Assembly (NCBI GenBank): GCA_050951125.1
Contig: JBMNIR010000005.1
Span: 4,912-68,911, forward strand
DNA from: Fermentimonas sp.
Lineage (GTDB): Bacteria; Bacteroidota; Bacteroidia; Bacteroidales; Dysgonomonadaceae
DNA length: 64,000 bases
Reading direction: 5' to 3'
Position 1 is the stretch's first letter. Each line of letters begins with the position of its first letter. The notes beneath the pieces are model-generated. The model saw only the letters and a list, made by a program, of their open reading frames with translations. It made no database searches and had not been told where the DNA came from. The position numbers and the translations under genes are program-made. Below are positions 36,555 through 46,026 of this stretch, in pieces.

Positions 36555-38003
36555 ATGAAAAAACTTGCTCGCTACCTGCTCTTACCCCTCTTGGTATGCC
36601 TCCTCCCTCGCCTGGCGTATCCCCAAAGCTTGCTGCAGCGCTTCATAGATCACCCGGCTCTGAAACATGCATCGGTGGGGATCTCTGTGGTGGAACTGGA
36701 AAGCGGAAAGAGCATTGTGAACCACGATGCGGAAAAATCACTCACGCCCGCATCTTTGCTCAAGCTCATCACCACGGCCACGGCGTTAGAAATGCTTGGT
36801 GAGAATTACCGTTACAAGACGAAAATTGCCATGGATGCGAACGATCCTTCACGTATCCTTGTTTTGGGAGGTGGCGATCCAACGCTGGGAAGTGAGGTGT
36901 TCCCCGAAAACCCGTACACTTTCTTTATCAACGGGGTGAAAGCCTTAACAAGGAGTTTGCCAACAGGTAGGGAGTACGCCATCCTCGTTGTAGATAACCT
37001 ATTCGGGTACGATGGCATCTCACCGGAATGGACCTGGATTGATATCGGCAATTATTACGCGGCAGGGGCGTACGGCATCAGCATCTTCGATAACAATTAC
37101 AAGTTGGTGTTCAACACCATGGATAGAAAGAGTCAACCGAAAATCCTGCGTACGGAGCCGGAGATCAAAGGGCTGACCTTCCAAAACTCCCTCACGCTGA
37201 ACGACACGGGACGGGATAACGGTTATATCTACGGGGTACCCTTCAGTTACGAAAAAGAGCTGAGAGGTGATATTCCGTCCGGCAGGAGCGAATTCGCCAT
37301 TAAAGGGGATATTCCCGACCCAGGGCGACTGGTGGGTGAAACGCTCGGGGAGTACCTGAATCAAGCAGGATATCAAGTCGGAGCCATCGAAACGACCCGG
37401 CAAGACCACCTCTCTCGGAGCAGTACGAACGAGCAGAAACCACCCTACCGGGTGGGTAACGTGCTGTTTACCCTTGTTTCAAGGCCGTTAAAAGAGATTA
37501 TCAGGGAGGTGAACGTGGAGAGCAATAACCATTACGCGGAGCACCTGATCCGGACTATCGGTCGCCATGCCAATAGCGATATATACACCAATGCCTTGAC
37601 AGAAGGGGTCGATTTCAGCGTGAGCCATTGGAAGGATAAGGGGATAGATCCCTCCCCACTAACCATGCATGATGGAAGCGGACTGGCACCTCAAAACGCG
37701 GTGAGTGCAAGGTTCTTAACCGATATGCTGGTTTACATGTATAACCGGAGCAATAATTCCAATGCTTTCTTTAACTCGCTGCCCAAGGCGGGGCAAGAGG
37801 GAACCCTAAAGAACTTTTTACGTGACACCCGGCTCACTGGCAAGGTTACGGCCAAAAGTGGTAGCATCGGGGGTGTACAGTGCTTTGCGGGCTATCTCAT
37901 CGATGGAGAGAAAAAGTACGCGTTTACCGTGATGGTAAACAAGTTCAACGGTACGCGAAACGAGGTAAGAAAGGCTATTGAGCAGTTTCTGTTGGGGCTG
38001 TAA
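36555..38003 (+). CDS. dacB: D-alanyl-D-alanine carboxypeptidase/endopeptidase (PBP4, S13 family)
   Basis: 482-aa ORF with a signal peptide. It carries SxxK (PASLLK), SxN (ESNNHYAE) and KSG (AKSGSIGG) motifs. Confidence 0.85.
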   Translation: MKKLARYLLLPLLVCLLPRLAYPQSLLQRFIDHPALKHASVGISVVELESGKSIVNHDAEKSLTPASLLKLITTATALEMLGENYRYKTKIAMDANDPSRILVLGGGDPTLGSEVFPENPYTFFINGVKALTRSLPTGREYAILVVDNLFGYDGISPEWTWIDIGNYYAAGAYGISIFDNNYKLVFNTMDRKSQPKILRTEPEIKGLTFQNSLTLNDTGRDNGYIYGVPFSYEKELRGDIPSGRSEFAIKGDIPDPGRLVGETLGEYLNQAGYQVGAIETTRQDHLSRSSTNEQKPPYRVGNVLFTLVSRPLKEIIREVNVESNNHYAEHLIRTIGRHANSDIYTNALTEGVDFSVSHWKDKGIDPSPLTMHDGSGLAPQNAVSARFLTDMLVYMYNRSNNSNAFFNSLPKAGQEGTLKNFLRDTRLTGKVTAKSGSIGGVQCFAGYLIDGEKKYAFTVMVNKFNGTRNEVRKAIEQFLLGL

Positions 38004-38048
38004 TATAAGGTTCATCGGGCCAAAATGATCAAGGTTGTAACCATTAAC

Positions 38049-38083
38049 AAAAGACCATCACGTGCGTTACGTGATGGTCTTTT
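38049..38083. terminator. Bidirectional hairpin terminator between dacB and the convergent OMP gene
   Basis: aaaagaccatcacg-tgcgtta-cgtgatggtctttt forms a 14-bp stem including A/T-run flanks on both sides. Confidence 0.75.
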
Positions 38084-38102
38084 GTTTAAATGAATCCCTT
38101 TA

Positions 38103-38726
38103 TCAGAACTTGAATCCTATCGATAGGTAAGCGCTCTGATTTTTGAGGGTCGCATTGTCGCTTCTGGCGATATTAACCAGCCCCATGTCCCAGCCTAGGT
38201 CGACCAGGAAAGAACCGAGTTCGGCACCTACACCAAGACCCAGCCCGGCATCAAAAGGCTTGAAGCCGTTGTCACCAAAGACATCTACCCCTTTCGATTC
38301 CACCGACTTATCGGAAATGGAAAGCTTCACGTTTGATTTGCCCCCCACCCCGTAAGCGGCATAAGGACCAGCATGCAGCACAACACGCGTTCCAGGGGTA
38401 ACCGCGATCTTATAAGCGTAATGCACCGGAACCTGTAGGTACATCGGGTTAACGGTCACTTCGCCTGAGATGCTTCCAAACGACCCTTTGTACTGTGACC
38501 CCTTAGTCAAGAACAAAAGTCCCGTCTGGACCGCGCTATTGTAGCCAATCTCAAAATCGGCAAGCAACCCCACGTTAAAGCCAATCTTCACGTTTTTGTC
38601 GCTCAACTCATCGCCATAGTAGTTGGACATGGTCATGCCACCTTTTACTCCAAAGTTTAACTGAGCGCTGGCAGATACGGCCACGGCAAGCATGGCAACG
38701 ACAAAAGTTGATCTCATTTTTTTCAT
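38103..38726 (-). CDS. Small outer-membrane beta-barrel protein (same family as 4029-5288)
   Basis: 207-aa ORF with signal peptide ...AVSASAQ. It shares blocks with the tandem pair (GVKGG, GFNVG, LQVPVHYAYK, HAGPYAAYG, FLVDLG) and ends in ...YLSIGFKF. Confidence 0.75.
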   Translation of the reverse strand: MKKMRSTFVVAMLAVAVSASAQLNFGVKGGMTMSNYYGDELSDKNVKIGFNVGLLADFEIGYNSAVQTGLLFLTKGSQYKGSFGSISGEVTVNPMYLQVPVHYAYKIAVTPGTRVVLHAGPYAAYGVGGKSNVKLSISDKSVESKGVDVFGDNGFKPFDAGLGLGVGAELGSFLVDLGWDMGLVNIARSDNATLKNQSAYLSIGFKF

Positions 38727-38799
38727 AATTCAGTTGTTTTAGTTAAATAATGGTTTAGTTACATGTTACTTTGTATGAAGAGATCTCTTCAATATAGAA

Positions 38800-38817
38800 A
38801 CGGGTCTTACGACCCGT
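38800..38817 (-). terminator. Hairpin downstream of the tRNA-Asn pair
   Basis: The minus strand reads acgggtc-gtaa-gacccgt followed by ttctatatt. It is 22 nt past the 3-prime end of the distal tRNA. Confidence 0.45.
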
Positions 38818-38839
38818 ACCCTCCTTGTTCTTCATCGTG

Positions 38840-38913
38840 CTCTTCCTCTTGGACTTGAACCAAGGACCCCCTGATTAACAGTCAGGTGCTCTAACCAACT
38901 GAGCTAAGGAAGA
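38840..38913 (-). tRNA. tRNA-Asn (anticodon GTT)
   Basis: I folded the cloverleaf by hand. Acceptor TCTTCCT/AGGAAGA, D stem GCTC/GAGC, anticodon stem CCTGA/TCAGG with loop CTGTTAA, T stem CTTGG/CCAAG with loop TTCAAGT. The gene is 74 nt and CCA is not encoded. Confidence 0.95.
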
Positions 38914-38934
38914 ATATTTTGCTCACCACCTTCG

Positions 38935-39008
38935 CTCTTCCTCTTGGACTTGAACCAAGGACCCCCTGATTAACAGTCAGGTGCTCTAACCAACTGAGCT
39001 AAGGAAGA
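38935..39008 (-). tRNA. tRNA-Asn (anticodon GTT), identical second copy
   Basis: Its sequence is identical to 38840-38913 and it lies 95 bp upstream, separated by a 21-nt spacer. Confidence 0.95.
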
Positions 39009-39115
39009 GTGTTGGCTCCCTATGGAAAGCGATGCAAAAGTAGTATAAATTTCCGAACTATCCAACAGCTCCCTGAAAAAAGTACGTTAAACATTTTCAC
39101 GGGAGTAGGACGGGA

Positions 39116-40021
39116 TTACCCTTTTAAAAGAGACAACGTTTCCCGTACCACGTTCACGCCTTCGCGTGAAAGATTTATCCAATGAATCTTCTTGTCTCGC
39201 CGAAACCAAGAGAGCTGCTTTCGCGCGTAATTGCGGGAGTGCTGCTTGATCTTGTTGATGGCGAACTCGAGGGTACACTTCCCCTCGAAGTGGACGAACA
39301 GCTCCTTGTACCCTACCGTATTCAACGCGTTCAGGTGCCGCATGGGAAAGAAACCCCACGCCTCCTCCACCAGCCCGTCGTCCACCATCTGTTCGACCCG
39401 CCGGTTAATGCGGTCATACAGCTCCGCCCGGTCACGCGTGAACCCCACCTTAACAATTCGGAACGGCCGTTCCTTCCGCGGGTTGGTACGTAACGAAGAG
39501 TAGGGCTTCCCCGTCATCAGGCAGATCTCCAGGGCGTGAATCACCCGCTTGGAGTTTTTCAAATCTACCTCGTTATAAAAAGCGGGATCCAAAATCTTTA
39601 GCTGCTGGCGGATGGGGGCGAGTCCCTCCCGGCGGTACAACGCCTGCAAGTCGCTTCTCAACGTCTCGTCAATGTTGGGGATTTCATCGATACCGTCGCA
39701 GACGGCATCGATGTACATCATGGATCCGCCCGACATGATGACCACCGGGTGTTCCTGATGGAGTGTGGCGAGTAGCGACAACACCTCCCGCTCGAAGTCG
39801 CTCGCACTGTAGTAGTCGGTTGGAGCAAGGATTCCCACGAAGTGGTGTGGCACGCGTTGCATCTGCTCAGATGTGGGTGCCGCGGTGCCGATAGAGAGGC
39901 CACGGTACAGTTGCCGCGAATCGGCCGAAATAATAGGGCATCGTAACGCTTCAGCGATGGATAGGCTCCAGTCAGTCTTTCCCACCCCGGTAGGCCCAAG
40001 CAGCACGAGAAGGGTTTTCAT
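39116..40021 (-). CDS. miaA: tRNA dimethylallyltransferase
   Basis: 301-aa ORF with P-loop [10 protein letters not shown] and [18 protein letters not shown], typical of MiaA. Confidence 0.9.
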   Translation of the reverse strand: MKTLLVLLGPTGVGKTDWSLSIAEALRCPIISADSRQLYRGLSIGTAAPTSEQMQRVPHHFVGILAPTDYYSASDFEREVLSLLATLHQEHPVVIMSGGSMMYIDAVCDGIDEIPNIDETLRSDLQALYRREGLAPIRQQLKILDPAFYNEVDLKNSKRVIHALEICLMTGKPYSSLRTNPRKERPFRIVKVGFTRDRAELYDRINRRVEQMVDDGLVEEAWGFFPMRHLNALNTVGYKELFVHFEGKCTLEFAINKIKQHSRNYARKQLSWFRRDKKIHWINLSREGVNVVRETLSLLKG

Positions 40022-40057
40022 TGTTGCGAAGGGGTCAATCGAACATCTAGGTAGCCA

Positions 40058-40588
40058 TCAATAAAGGTCGTCCAACGCTTCAAAACCATCGGCATCCAGC
40101 TCATCGAGGTCGAAGCTCTCGTCACCGTACAGGATCTCCTCGGTATCAATGATGATATTGATCGGCAACACCTCTTCAGACTCCATGATCTGAACAGGGG
40201 CTTGACCGGTTGAGAGCGTGCAGACGGGCGATTCCAAGTTCTTCCCCGGGATAATCTCGGAAAGCTCAATGAAAAGGGCTCGCTCGGTGAGGTAGTCAAA
40301 CACGAACATGAGTTTTTGCTTCTCGTCCTCCAAGTGATCGCTCAACACGCTGTTTTCCATCGTGTATGCATCTTCATCGGAGTAGGTATCCATCTCCACG
40401 AGAGTGATCTCCAGTTTCTTGCGCCACTTGTTATCACAAAGGTAAAACGAGGCCATCTCCTTGTTGCTGAAACCGGTGCAGTCTAAAATCGCCTTGTAAA
40501 AATCAAAGAAAGTGGCATCGGCGTCCAGTTCAATCGCCCTTTTGAAGTCGTCCACCTCATCGGATAAGATTAGAAACTTGAATATCAT
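40058..40588 (-). CDS. Acidic hypothetical protein (possibly pRiA4b ORF-3-like fold)
   Basis: 176-aa ORF with a very acidic C-terminus (DESFDLDELDADGFEALDDLY). It is divergent from rpoN. The family guess is weak. Confidence 0.55.
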   Translation of the reverse strand: MIFKFLILSDEVDDFKRAIELDADATFFDFYKAILDCTGFSNKEMASFYLCDNKWRKKLEITLVEMDTYSDEDAYTMENSVLSDHLEDEKQKLMFVFDYLTERALFIELSEIIPGKNLESPVCTLSTGQAPVQIMESEEVLPINIIIDTEEILYGDESFDLDELDADGFEALDDLY

Positions 40589-40672
40589 CGTAACGGCTGT
40601 TTTTACTATTAAAATTCAAAGGTAACAAAAAGTTTTATATTTCACCCGCTTGGATATAGGGAGAAAATCACC

Positions 40673-40680
40673 TATTTTTG
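40673..40680 (+). promoter_or_regulatory. Candidate -7 promoter box for rpoN
   Basis: TATTTTTG matches TAnnTTTG and lies 29 nt upstream of the ATG at 40709. Confidence 0.35.
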
Positions 40681-40708
40681 TTTTTGAATTGGTAATCAAT
40701 AAAAATGT

Positions 40709-42184
40709 ATGGCGCTCAAGCAACAACAGGAATTGAAACAGGTTCAACGGCTATCACCCTTGCAGATGCAGGTGATAAAGCTGGTGGAGTTAAACACTGT
40801 TGAGGTCGAAGATCGCGTTAAGCAGGAACTGGAGGATAACCCGGCATTAGAAGCCGCTGAAAATGAGTTTTATAACGAGAGCGATGAACTCTACAACGAG
40901 GAGGACGACCAAAACGAGAACGAAAGGGAGGTGATGTTGGAAGAGGATATCATCCTGGGGGATTACTTCTCGGAGGACGATATCCCTGATTACCGGCTTA
41001 ACACGCCGACGAGCCGAACAAGCGAGCCCAGCTTTATAGAAACAGGGAACTTCGATGAAAAGTCGCTTAGCGAGTCGCTCATGGAACAGATTGGACTGCT
41101 CAAGCTCGACGCCCGAAAGCAGCTTATCGCCGAGTACATCATTGGTAACCTTGATGAGAACGGCTACTTGGAGAGGGACCTGCAAGCGATCTCGAACGAC
41201 CTCCTGTTCCAACAGCAATTAGAGGTATCACCCTTGCAACTGGAAGACGTGCTGTACGAAATTCAAGACCTAGACCCCGCGGGTGTGGGTGCACGCGACT
41301 TGCAGGAATGCCTTCTCCTGCAACTTCATCGATTGAAGAGCAACCCGCCTATAGAACGCGCGATAGAGATGGTTGCCGACTACTTCGAAGAGTTCTCCCG
41401 AAAGCATTACGATAAGATCATGCGGCAGATGAATATCGGTGAAGATGAGCTGCGTGAAGCCATCAAAGAGGTGGTCTCACTCAACCCCAAGCCGGGCTAT
41501 GCAGTGGGCGGGAAGATGCAAACCGCGATGAACAAGATCACCCCTGATTTCCTTGTCGAATCGTACAACGGTGAAATCACCATACAACTGAATAACAGCA
41601 ATATCCCTACATTAAAGGTGAACCGCACCTTCTCGGAAATGTTGAAAGGGTACAGCGATAACAAGGAGAGCATGTCGTCGGACGACAAGCAGGCGATGCT
41701 CTTCATGAAGCAAAAAGTGGACTCGGCTAAATGGTTCATCGACGCGATGAGGCAGCGGCAAAACACCTTGCAACGTACCATGGAAACGATCGTGAGCATC
41801 CAGTACGACTTTTTCCTTACCGAGGATGAGGCCTCACTCAAGCCGATGATCTTGAAGGACGTGGCGGAACGAACCGGGTTCGACATCTCCACCATCTCAA
41901 GAGTAAGCAACAGCAAATACGTGCAGACGAACGGCGGCGTCTACCCATTGAAATTCTTCTTCTCAGAGGCGATGCAAACGAGCGACGGCGAAGACATCTC
42001 ATCAAGGGAAATAAAAGCAGTGCTAAAAGAGTGCGTGGAGGGGGAAGACCCGGGCAAGCCCTATACGGACGAGCAACTTACCCAGCTTTTAAACGAGAGG
42101 GGGTACATTATCGCTCGGCGTACGGTTGCCAAATACCGCGAACAATTGAACATACCTGTCGCTCGTTTGAGAAAAAAAATATAA
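40709..42184 (+). CDS. rpoN: RNA polymerase sigma-54 factor
   Basis: 491-aa ORF with a Gln/Leu-rich region I (MALKQQQELKQVQRLSPLQMQ), an acidic region II and a C-terminal RpoN box ARRTVAKYRE. Confidence 0.9.
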   Translation: MALKQQQELKQVQRLSPLQMQVIKLVELNTVEVEDRVKQELEDNPALEAAENEFYNESDELYNEEDDQNENEREVMLEEDIILGDYFSEDDIPDYRLNTPTSRTSEPSFIETGNFDEKSLSESLMEQIGLLKLDARKQLIAEYIIGNLDENGYLERDLQAISNDLLFQQQLEVSPLQLEDVLYEIQDLDPAGVGARDLQECLLLQLHRLKSNPPIERAIEMVADYFEEFSRKHYDKIMRQMNIGEDELREAIKEVVSLNPKPGYAVGGKMQTAMNKITPDFLVESYNGEITIQLNNSNIPTLKVNRTFSEMLKGYSDNKESMSSDDKQAMLFMKQKVDSAKWFIDAMRQRQNTLQRTMETIVSIQYDFFLTEDEASLKPMILKDVAERTGFDISTISRVSNSKYVQTNGGVYPLKFFFSEAMQTSDGEDISSREIKAVLKECVEGEDPGKPYTDEQLTQLLNERGYIIARRTVAKYREQLNIPVARLRKKI

Positions 42185-42286
42185 CTTTGCACATTCATCG
42201 CGACGTTTACCGTGGCAGTCATTTATAAACGCTATTTCTAACTTCGGTTGCAACGTTGTCAGTCATAGATAAGGATATAAAGCAGG

Positions 42287-42901
42287 ATGAAGAAGTCGAT
42301 AGCTCATGTAATCTCCATCGTTTTTCAGCCCCTCTTAATGCCTACTTACGGGGTAATGCTGCTTTTCGTGTACACCTACTTTGGCGTGATGTACACCCAA
42401 CGGTTCTGGTTGATAGTTGCTCCCGTCTTCCTTTTCTCGTTTGTAATCCCGGCCATCCTTATAGGCATGCTTTATCGAATGGGGCTGGTCTCTGACCTTT
42501 CTATCAAGGTGAGGCGGCAACGGTTTTTTCCTTACCTGGTCACCTTGCTCTCGTACGGTGCGATGGCGATTTTCTACTATAGGATGCAGATGCCCACCTG
42601 GTTCCTGATGATGATAGCCGCCCCGATCGCCATCTTGATTATTGCTACCCTGATCACCTTAGCTTGGAAGATCAGCGCACACATGTTTGGCATCGGGGGA
42701 CTTATCGGGGGAGCCATGTCAGTTAGTTATTTCGTGGAGCGCTGCAACCCCTATTACATGTTCATGGGTTTGTTCATCTTGGCGGGGATAATCGGTTCGT
42801 CACGCATCATACTTAAGCACCACAACCTTTCGCAAGTAAACGTTGGTTTTCTACTCGGCTTCATTGTCTCGTTCGCCTTCGTCTGGATGGGAGTCAAATA
42901 A
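42287..42901 (+). CDS. Integral membrane protein, PAP2-like with degenerate motifs
   Basis: 204-aa ORF with about 6 TM helices. The SAH and SRIILKHHNLSQ segments resemble PAP2 motifs C2 and C3, but the final Asp is Gln. Confidence 0.5.
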   Translation: MKKSIAHVISIVFQPLLMPTYGVMLLFVYTYFGVMYTQRFWLIVAPVFLFSFVIPAILIGMLYRMGLVSDLSIKVRRQRFFPYLVTLLSYGAMAIFYYRMQMPTWFLMMIAAPIAILIIATLITLAWKISAHMFGIGGLIGGAMSVSYFVERCNPYYMFMGLFILAGIIGSSRIILKHHNLSQVNVGFLLGFIVSFAFVWMGVK

Positions 42902-43045
42902 GCGACGACCACGTCCAAGCATTTTGAGAAACGGGAATAAAGTTGTATTTTTACCACGTGGGACAGCGATGGAAGGGAGGACAATTATCGCCGAAAACGG
43001 ATACAATAAGAGAGCTAAATGCGATAAGCCAATTTTAAAATTTGA

Positions 43046-43432
43046 ATGAATATGAAATTTCCTGAAAATTTAAAGTATTCTTCCGATCACGAATGGGTGA
43101 GAGTGGAAGGGAGTGAAGCATACGTGGGCATTACCGATTTTGCACAGGACGAATTGGGTGATATCGTTTACGTTGATGTTAGTAGCGAAGGCGAAACCTT
43201 GGAGAAGGGCGAAGTATTTGGAAGCATCGAGGCGGTGAAAACCGTGTCTGACCTGTTGATGCCGGTCGGTGGGGAGGTGCTAGAGTTGAATGCCGAGCTT
43301 GACGATGCCCCTGATTTGGTCAACAAGGACCCGTATGGTGAAGGGTGGATCATCAAGGTAGCCATAGATGATGCAGAGGAGCTGTCCAACCTGATGACGG
43401 CAGCAGAGTACAAGGAATTCATCGGAAAGTAA
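43046..43432 (+). CDS. gcvH: Glycine cleavage system protein H
   Basis: 128-aa ORF with YSSDHEWV, lipoyl-lysine context [12 protein letters not shown] and C-terminal PYGEGWI. Confidence 0.9.
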   Translation: MNMKFPENLKYSSDHEWVRVEGSEAYVGITDFAQDELGDIVYVDVSSEGETLEKGEVFGSIEAVKTVSDLLMPVGGEVLELNAELDDAPDLVNKDPYGEGWIIKVAIDDAEELSNLMTAAEYKEFIGK

Positions 43433-43441
43433 ACAACACTC

Positions 43442-43948
43442 ATGAAACCTGTTATTAGCATCATCATGGGCAGCACTTCGGATTTGCCCGTGATGGAGAA
43501 GGCTGCCCATTTCCTTAACGAGATGGAAGTGCCGTTTGAGATGAATGCGCTTTCGGCGCACCGCACCCCGGAAGAGGTGGAACGGTTCGCGAAAAACGCC
43601 AAGAAGAAAGGTATCAAAGTGATTATCGCCGCCGCGGGGATGGCTGCTCACCTACCGGGGATTATCGCCTCCATGACCCCGCTGCCGGTAATTGGCGTAC
43701 CGATAAACGCATCGCTCGAGGGTTTGGACGCGCTGCTCGCGATCGTCCAAATGCCCCCGGGAATACCGGTGGCAACGGTCGGTATTAACGGGGCCCTCAA
43801 CGCGGCCATACTGGCACTGCAGATAATCGCCGCGGACGATAAATCCCTGCAGGTCAAACTCAATAAGTACAAGGAGGGATTGAAAACGAAGGTGAAGCAG
43901 GCCAACAAAGAGCTTGCTTCCGTCTCCTATCTATACAAGACAAATTAA
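43442..43948 (+). CDS. purE: 5-(carboxyamino)imidazole ribonucleotide mutase
   Basis: 168-aa ORF with [14 protein letters not shown] and [10 protein letters not shown]. Confidence 0.9.
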   Translation: MKPVISIIMGSTSDLPVMEKAAHFLNEMEVPFEMNALSAHRTPEEVERFAKNAKKKGIKVIIAAAGMAAHLPGIIASMTPLPVIGVPINASLEGLDALLAIVQMPPGIPVATVGINGALNAAILALQIIAADDKSLQVKLNKYKEGLKTKVKQANKELASVSYLYKTN

Positions 43949-43967
43949 ACTATCGCGAAACAACCGT

Positions 43968-46025
43968 ATGAAAAAGATACTTTATATGTTAACAGCAGCT
44001 CTCACGCTGATCGCCTGCAACAACGCGGGCAAGCAAACGCCAGTGGACGACGGGATCGATTACGCCACGTTCGAGTACAAGGTGGACCGGTTTGCCGATA
44101 TCGAAATACTTCGCTACCCGGTACCGGGATTCAACGCCTTAACGCTTCAACAAAAAGAGCTGGTGTACTACCTCTCGCAAGCTGCCCTCGAGGGACGCGA
44201 CATCTTGTGGGACCAACACAACCGGTACAACCTCACCATCCGCCGCGTGTGCGAAGGACTGTACGAGAACTACATGGGGGATAAATCGACCGAGAACTGG
44301 AAGCTGTTCGAGACCTACCTGAAACAGATATGGATGGCCAACGGCATCCATCACCACTACTCGGAAGACAAGATAATGCCGGGATTCCCCCAGGACTACT
44401 TCGTTTCCCTCGTCAAGAGCGTGGACCCGGGACGCATGCCTTTCCGCGACGGGATGGCAGCCGACGAGACGCTGAAAGAGATACTGCCGGTGATGTTCGA
44501 CCCCAACGTGATGCCCAAGCGGATGAACCAGGCAGCCGGCGCGGACATCGTGGCCACCTCCGCCGTGAACTTCTACGAGGGGGTTACCCAGAAAGAGGTG
44601 GAGGCATTCTACAACGCCATGAAAGATCCCAACGACAACACGCCGGTTTCCTACGGCCTCAACAGCAAGGTGGTGAAGGAAAACGGGCAGGTGACCGAAC
44701 AGGTCTGGAAGCTGGGTGGCATGTACGACAAGGCCATCGAAAGGATCATCGGTTGGCTGGAAAAGGCGGAAGCGGTGGCTGAGAACAACCAGCAAAAGGA
44801 GATTATCCGCGCGCTCATCAGCTTCTACCAGACGGGCGACCTGGAAACATTTGACGATTACTCGGTGAAGTGGGTAAAAGATACCGATTCGCGGATTGAC
44901 TTTATCAACGGGTTCATCGAAACCTACACCGATCCGCTGGGATTGAAGGGATCATGGGAGGCACTGGTGAACTTCAAGAGCCTGGAGGCCTCGGAGCGCA
45001 CCCGCGTAATCAGCGAGAACGCGCAGTGGTTCGAAGACAACTCACCCATCGATGAGCGCTTCAAGAAGGAGGAGGTGAAAGGGGTGTCGGCCAAAGTGAT
45101 CACCGCGGCCATTCTTGGCGGAGACACTTACCCCGCTACGCCCATCGGTATCAACTTGCCCAATGCCGACTGGATACGCCGGGATCACGGCTCTAAGTCG
45201 GTCACCATCGATAACATCACCTTCGCGTACGCCAAAGCGGCCGAAGGAAACGGCTTTAGGGAGGAGTTCATGTGGAGCGACACGGAGCGGGAGCGGGCTA
45301 AGCAATATGGCACGGTGACCGACAACATTCATACCGACCTGCACGAATGCCTCGGGCACGGTTCGGGTAAGCTGCTTCCCGGGGTAGACGGCGATGCGCT
45401 GAAAGCGTACGGCTCGCCGCTGGAAGAGACGAGGGCCGACCTGTTCGCGCTTTACTACCTGGCTGACCCGAAAATGGTGGAACTGGGACTACTGCCGGAC
45501 GAAGAGGCGTATAAAACGGAGTACTATTCTTACGTCATGAACGGCGCGATGACACAACTGACCCGCATACAGCCGGGGAAAGATATCGAACAGGCGCATA
45601 TGCGTAACCGGGCGCTGATCTCCAACTGGGTAATCGAGAAAGGGGCGGACGAAAACGTGGTGTCCATGCAAAAACGGGACGATAAGACCTACGTGGTCGT
45701 CAACGATTACGAAAAGCTGCGCCTGCTGTTCGGTGAGCTGCTGACGGAGGTACAGCGGATCAAGTCGGAAGGCGACTTCGAAGCCGGGAAGAACCTGGTG
45801 GAAACCTACGCGGTAAAGGTCGACCCAACCCTGCACCAGGAGGTGCTGACACGTTACGAGGCGCTGAACATCGCCCCCTACAAGGGGTTCGTGAACCCGG
45901 TATACAAGCTGGTGACCGACGAAAAAGGGAAGGTCACGGACGTGACCGTTTCGTACGACGAGAATTACGCGGACCAGCAGATGCGCTACTCACGACAATA
46001 CTCGGTGCTGCCGCTCAATAATTAG
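43968..46025 (+). CDS. Dipeptidyl-peptidase III family (M49) zinc metallopeptidase lipoprotein
   Basis: ORF 43914-46025. I prefer the ATG at 43968 (MKKILYMLTAALTLIAC lipobox). It has zinc motifs HECLGHGSG and EETRAD, the bacterial DPP III variant HExxGH. Confidence 0.85.
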   Translation: MKKILYMLTAALTLIACNNAGKQTPVDDGIDYATFEYKVDRFADIEILRYPVPGFNALTLQQKELVYYLSQAALEGRDILWDQHNRYNLTIRRVCEGLYENYMGDKSTENWKLFETYLKQIWMANGIHHHYSEDKIMPGFPQDYFVSLVKSVDPGRMPFRDGMAADETLKEILPVMFDPNVMPKRMNQAAGADIVATSAVNFYEGVTQKEVEAFYNAMKDPNDNTPVSYGLNSKVVKENGQVTEQVWKLGGMYDKAIERIIGWLEKAEAVAENNQQKEIIRALISFYQTGDLETFDDYSVKWVKDTDSRIDFINGFIETYTDPLGLKGSWEALVNFKSLEASERTRVISENAQWFEDNSPIDERFKKEEVKGVSAKVITAAILGGDTYPATPIGINLPNADWIRRDHGSKSVTIDNITFAYAKAAEGNGFREEFMWSDTERERAKQYGTVTDNIHTDLHECLGHGSGKLLPGVDGDALKAYGSPLEETRADLFALYYLADPKMVELGLLPDEEAYKTEYYSYVMNGAMTQLTRIQPGKDIEQAHMRNRALISNWVIEKGADENVVSMQKRDDKTYVVVNDYEKLRLLFGELLTEVQRIKSEGDFEAGKNLVETYAVKVDPTLHQEVLTRYEALNIAPYKGFVNPVYKLVTDEKGKVTDVTVSYDENYADQQMRYSRQYSVLPLNN

Positions 46026-46026
46026 C

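Noticed and set aside
42902-43045. A possible glycine riboswitch upstream of gcvH.
   Set aside because: I could not find the conserved GGAGAG...ACCGAAGGGGCAA-type cores or paired aptamer helices, only scattered purine-rich words.
44139-44795. A long antisense ORF (218 aa). Similar ones occur at 33217-33774, 57607-58119, 58817-59446 and 34520-35029.
   Set aside because: Each lies opposite a gene with clear family motifs (DPP III, flippase, dehydrogenase, pyrB, glyQS). They have Arg/His/Val-rich composition typical of the reverse frame of GC-rich coding DNA.
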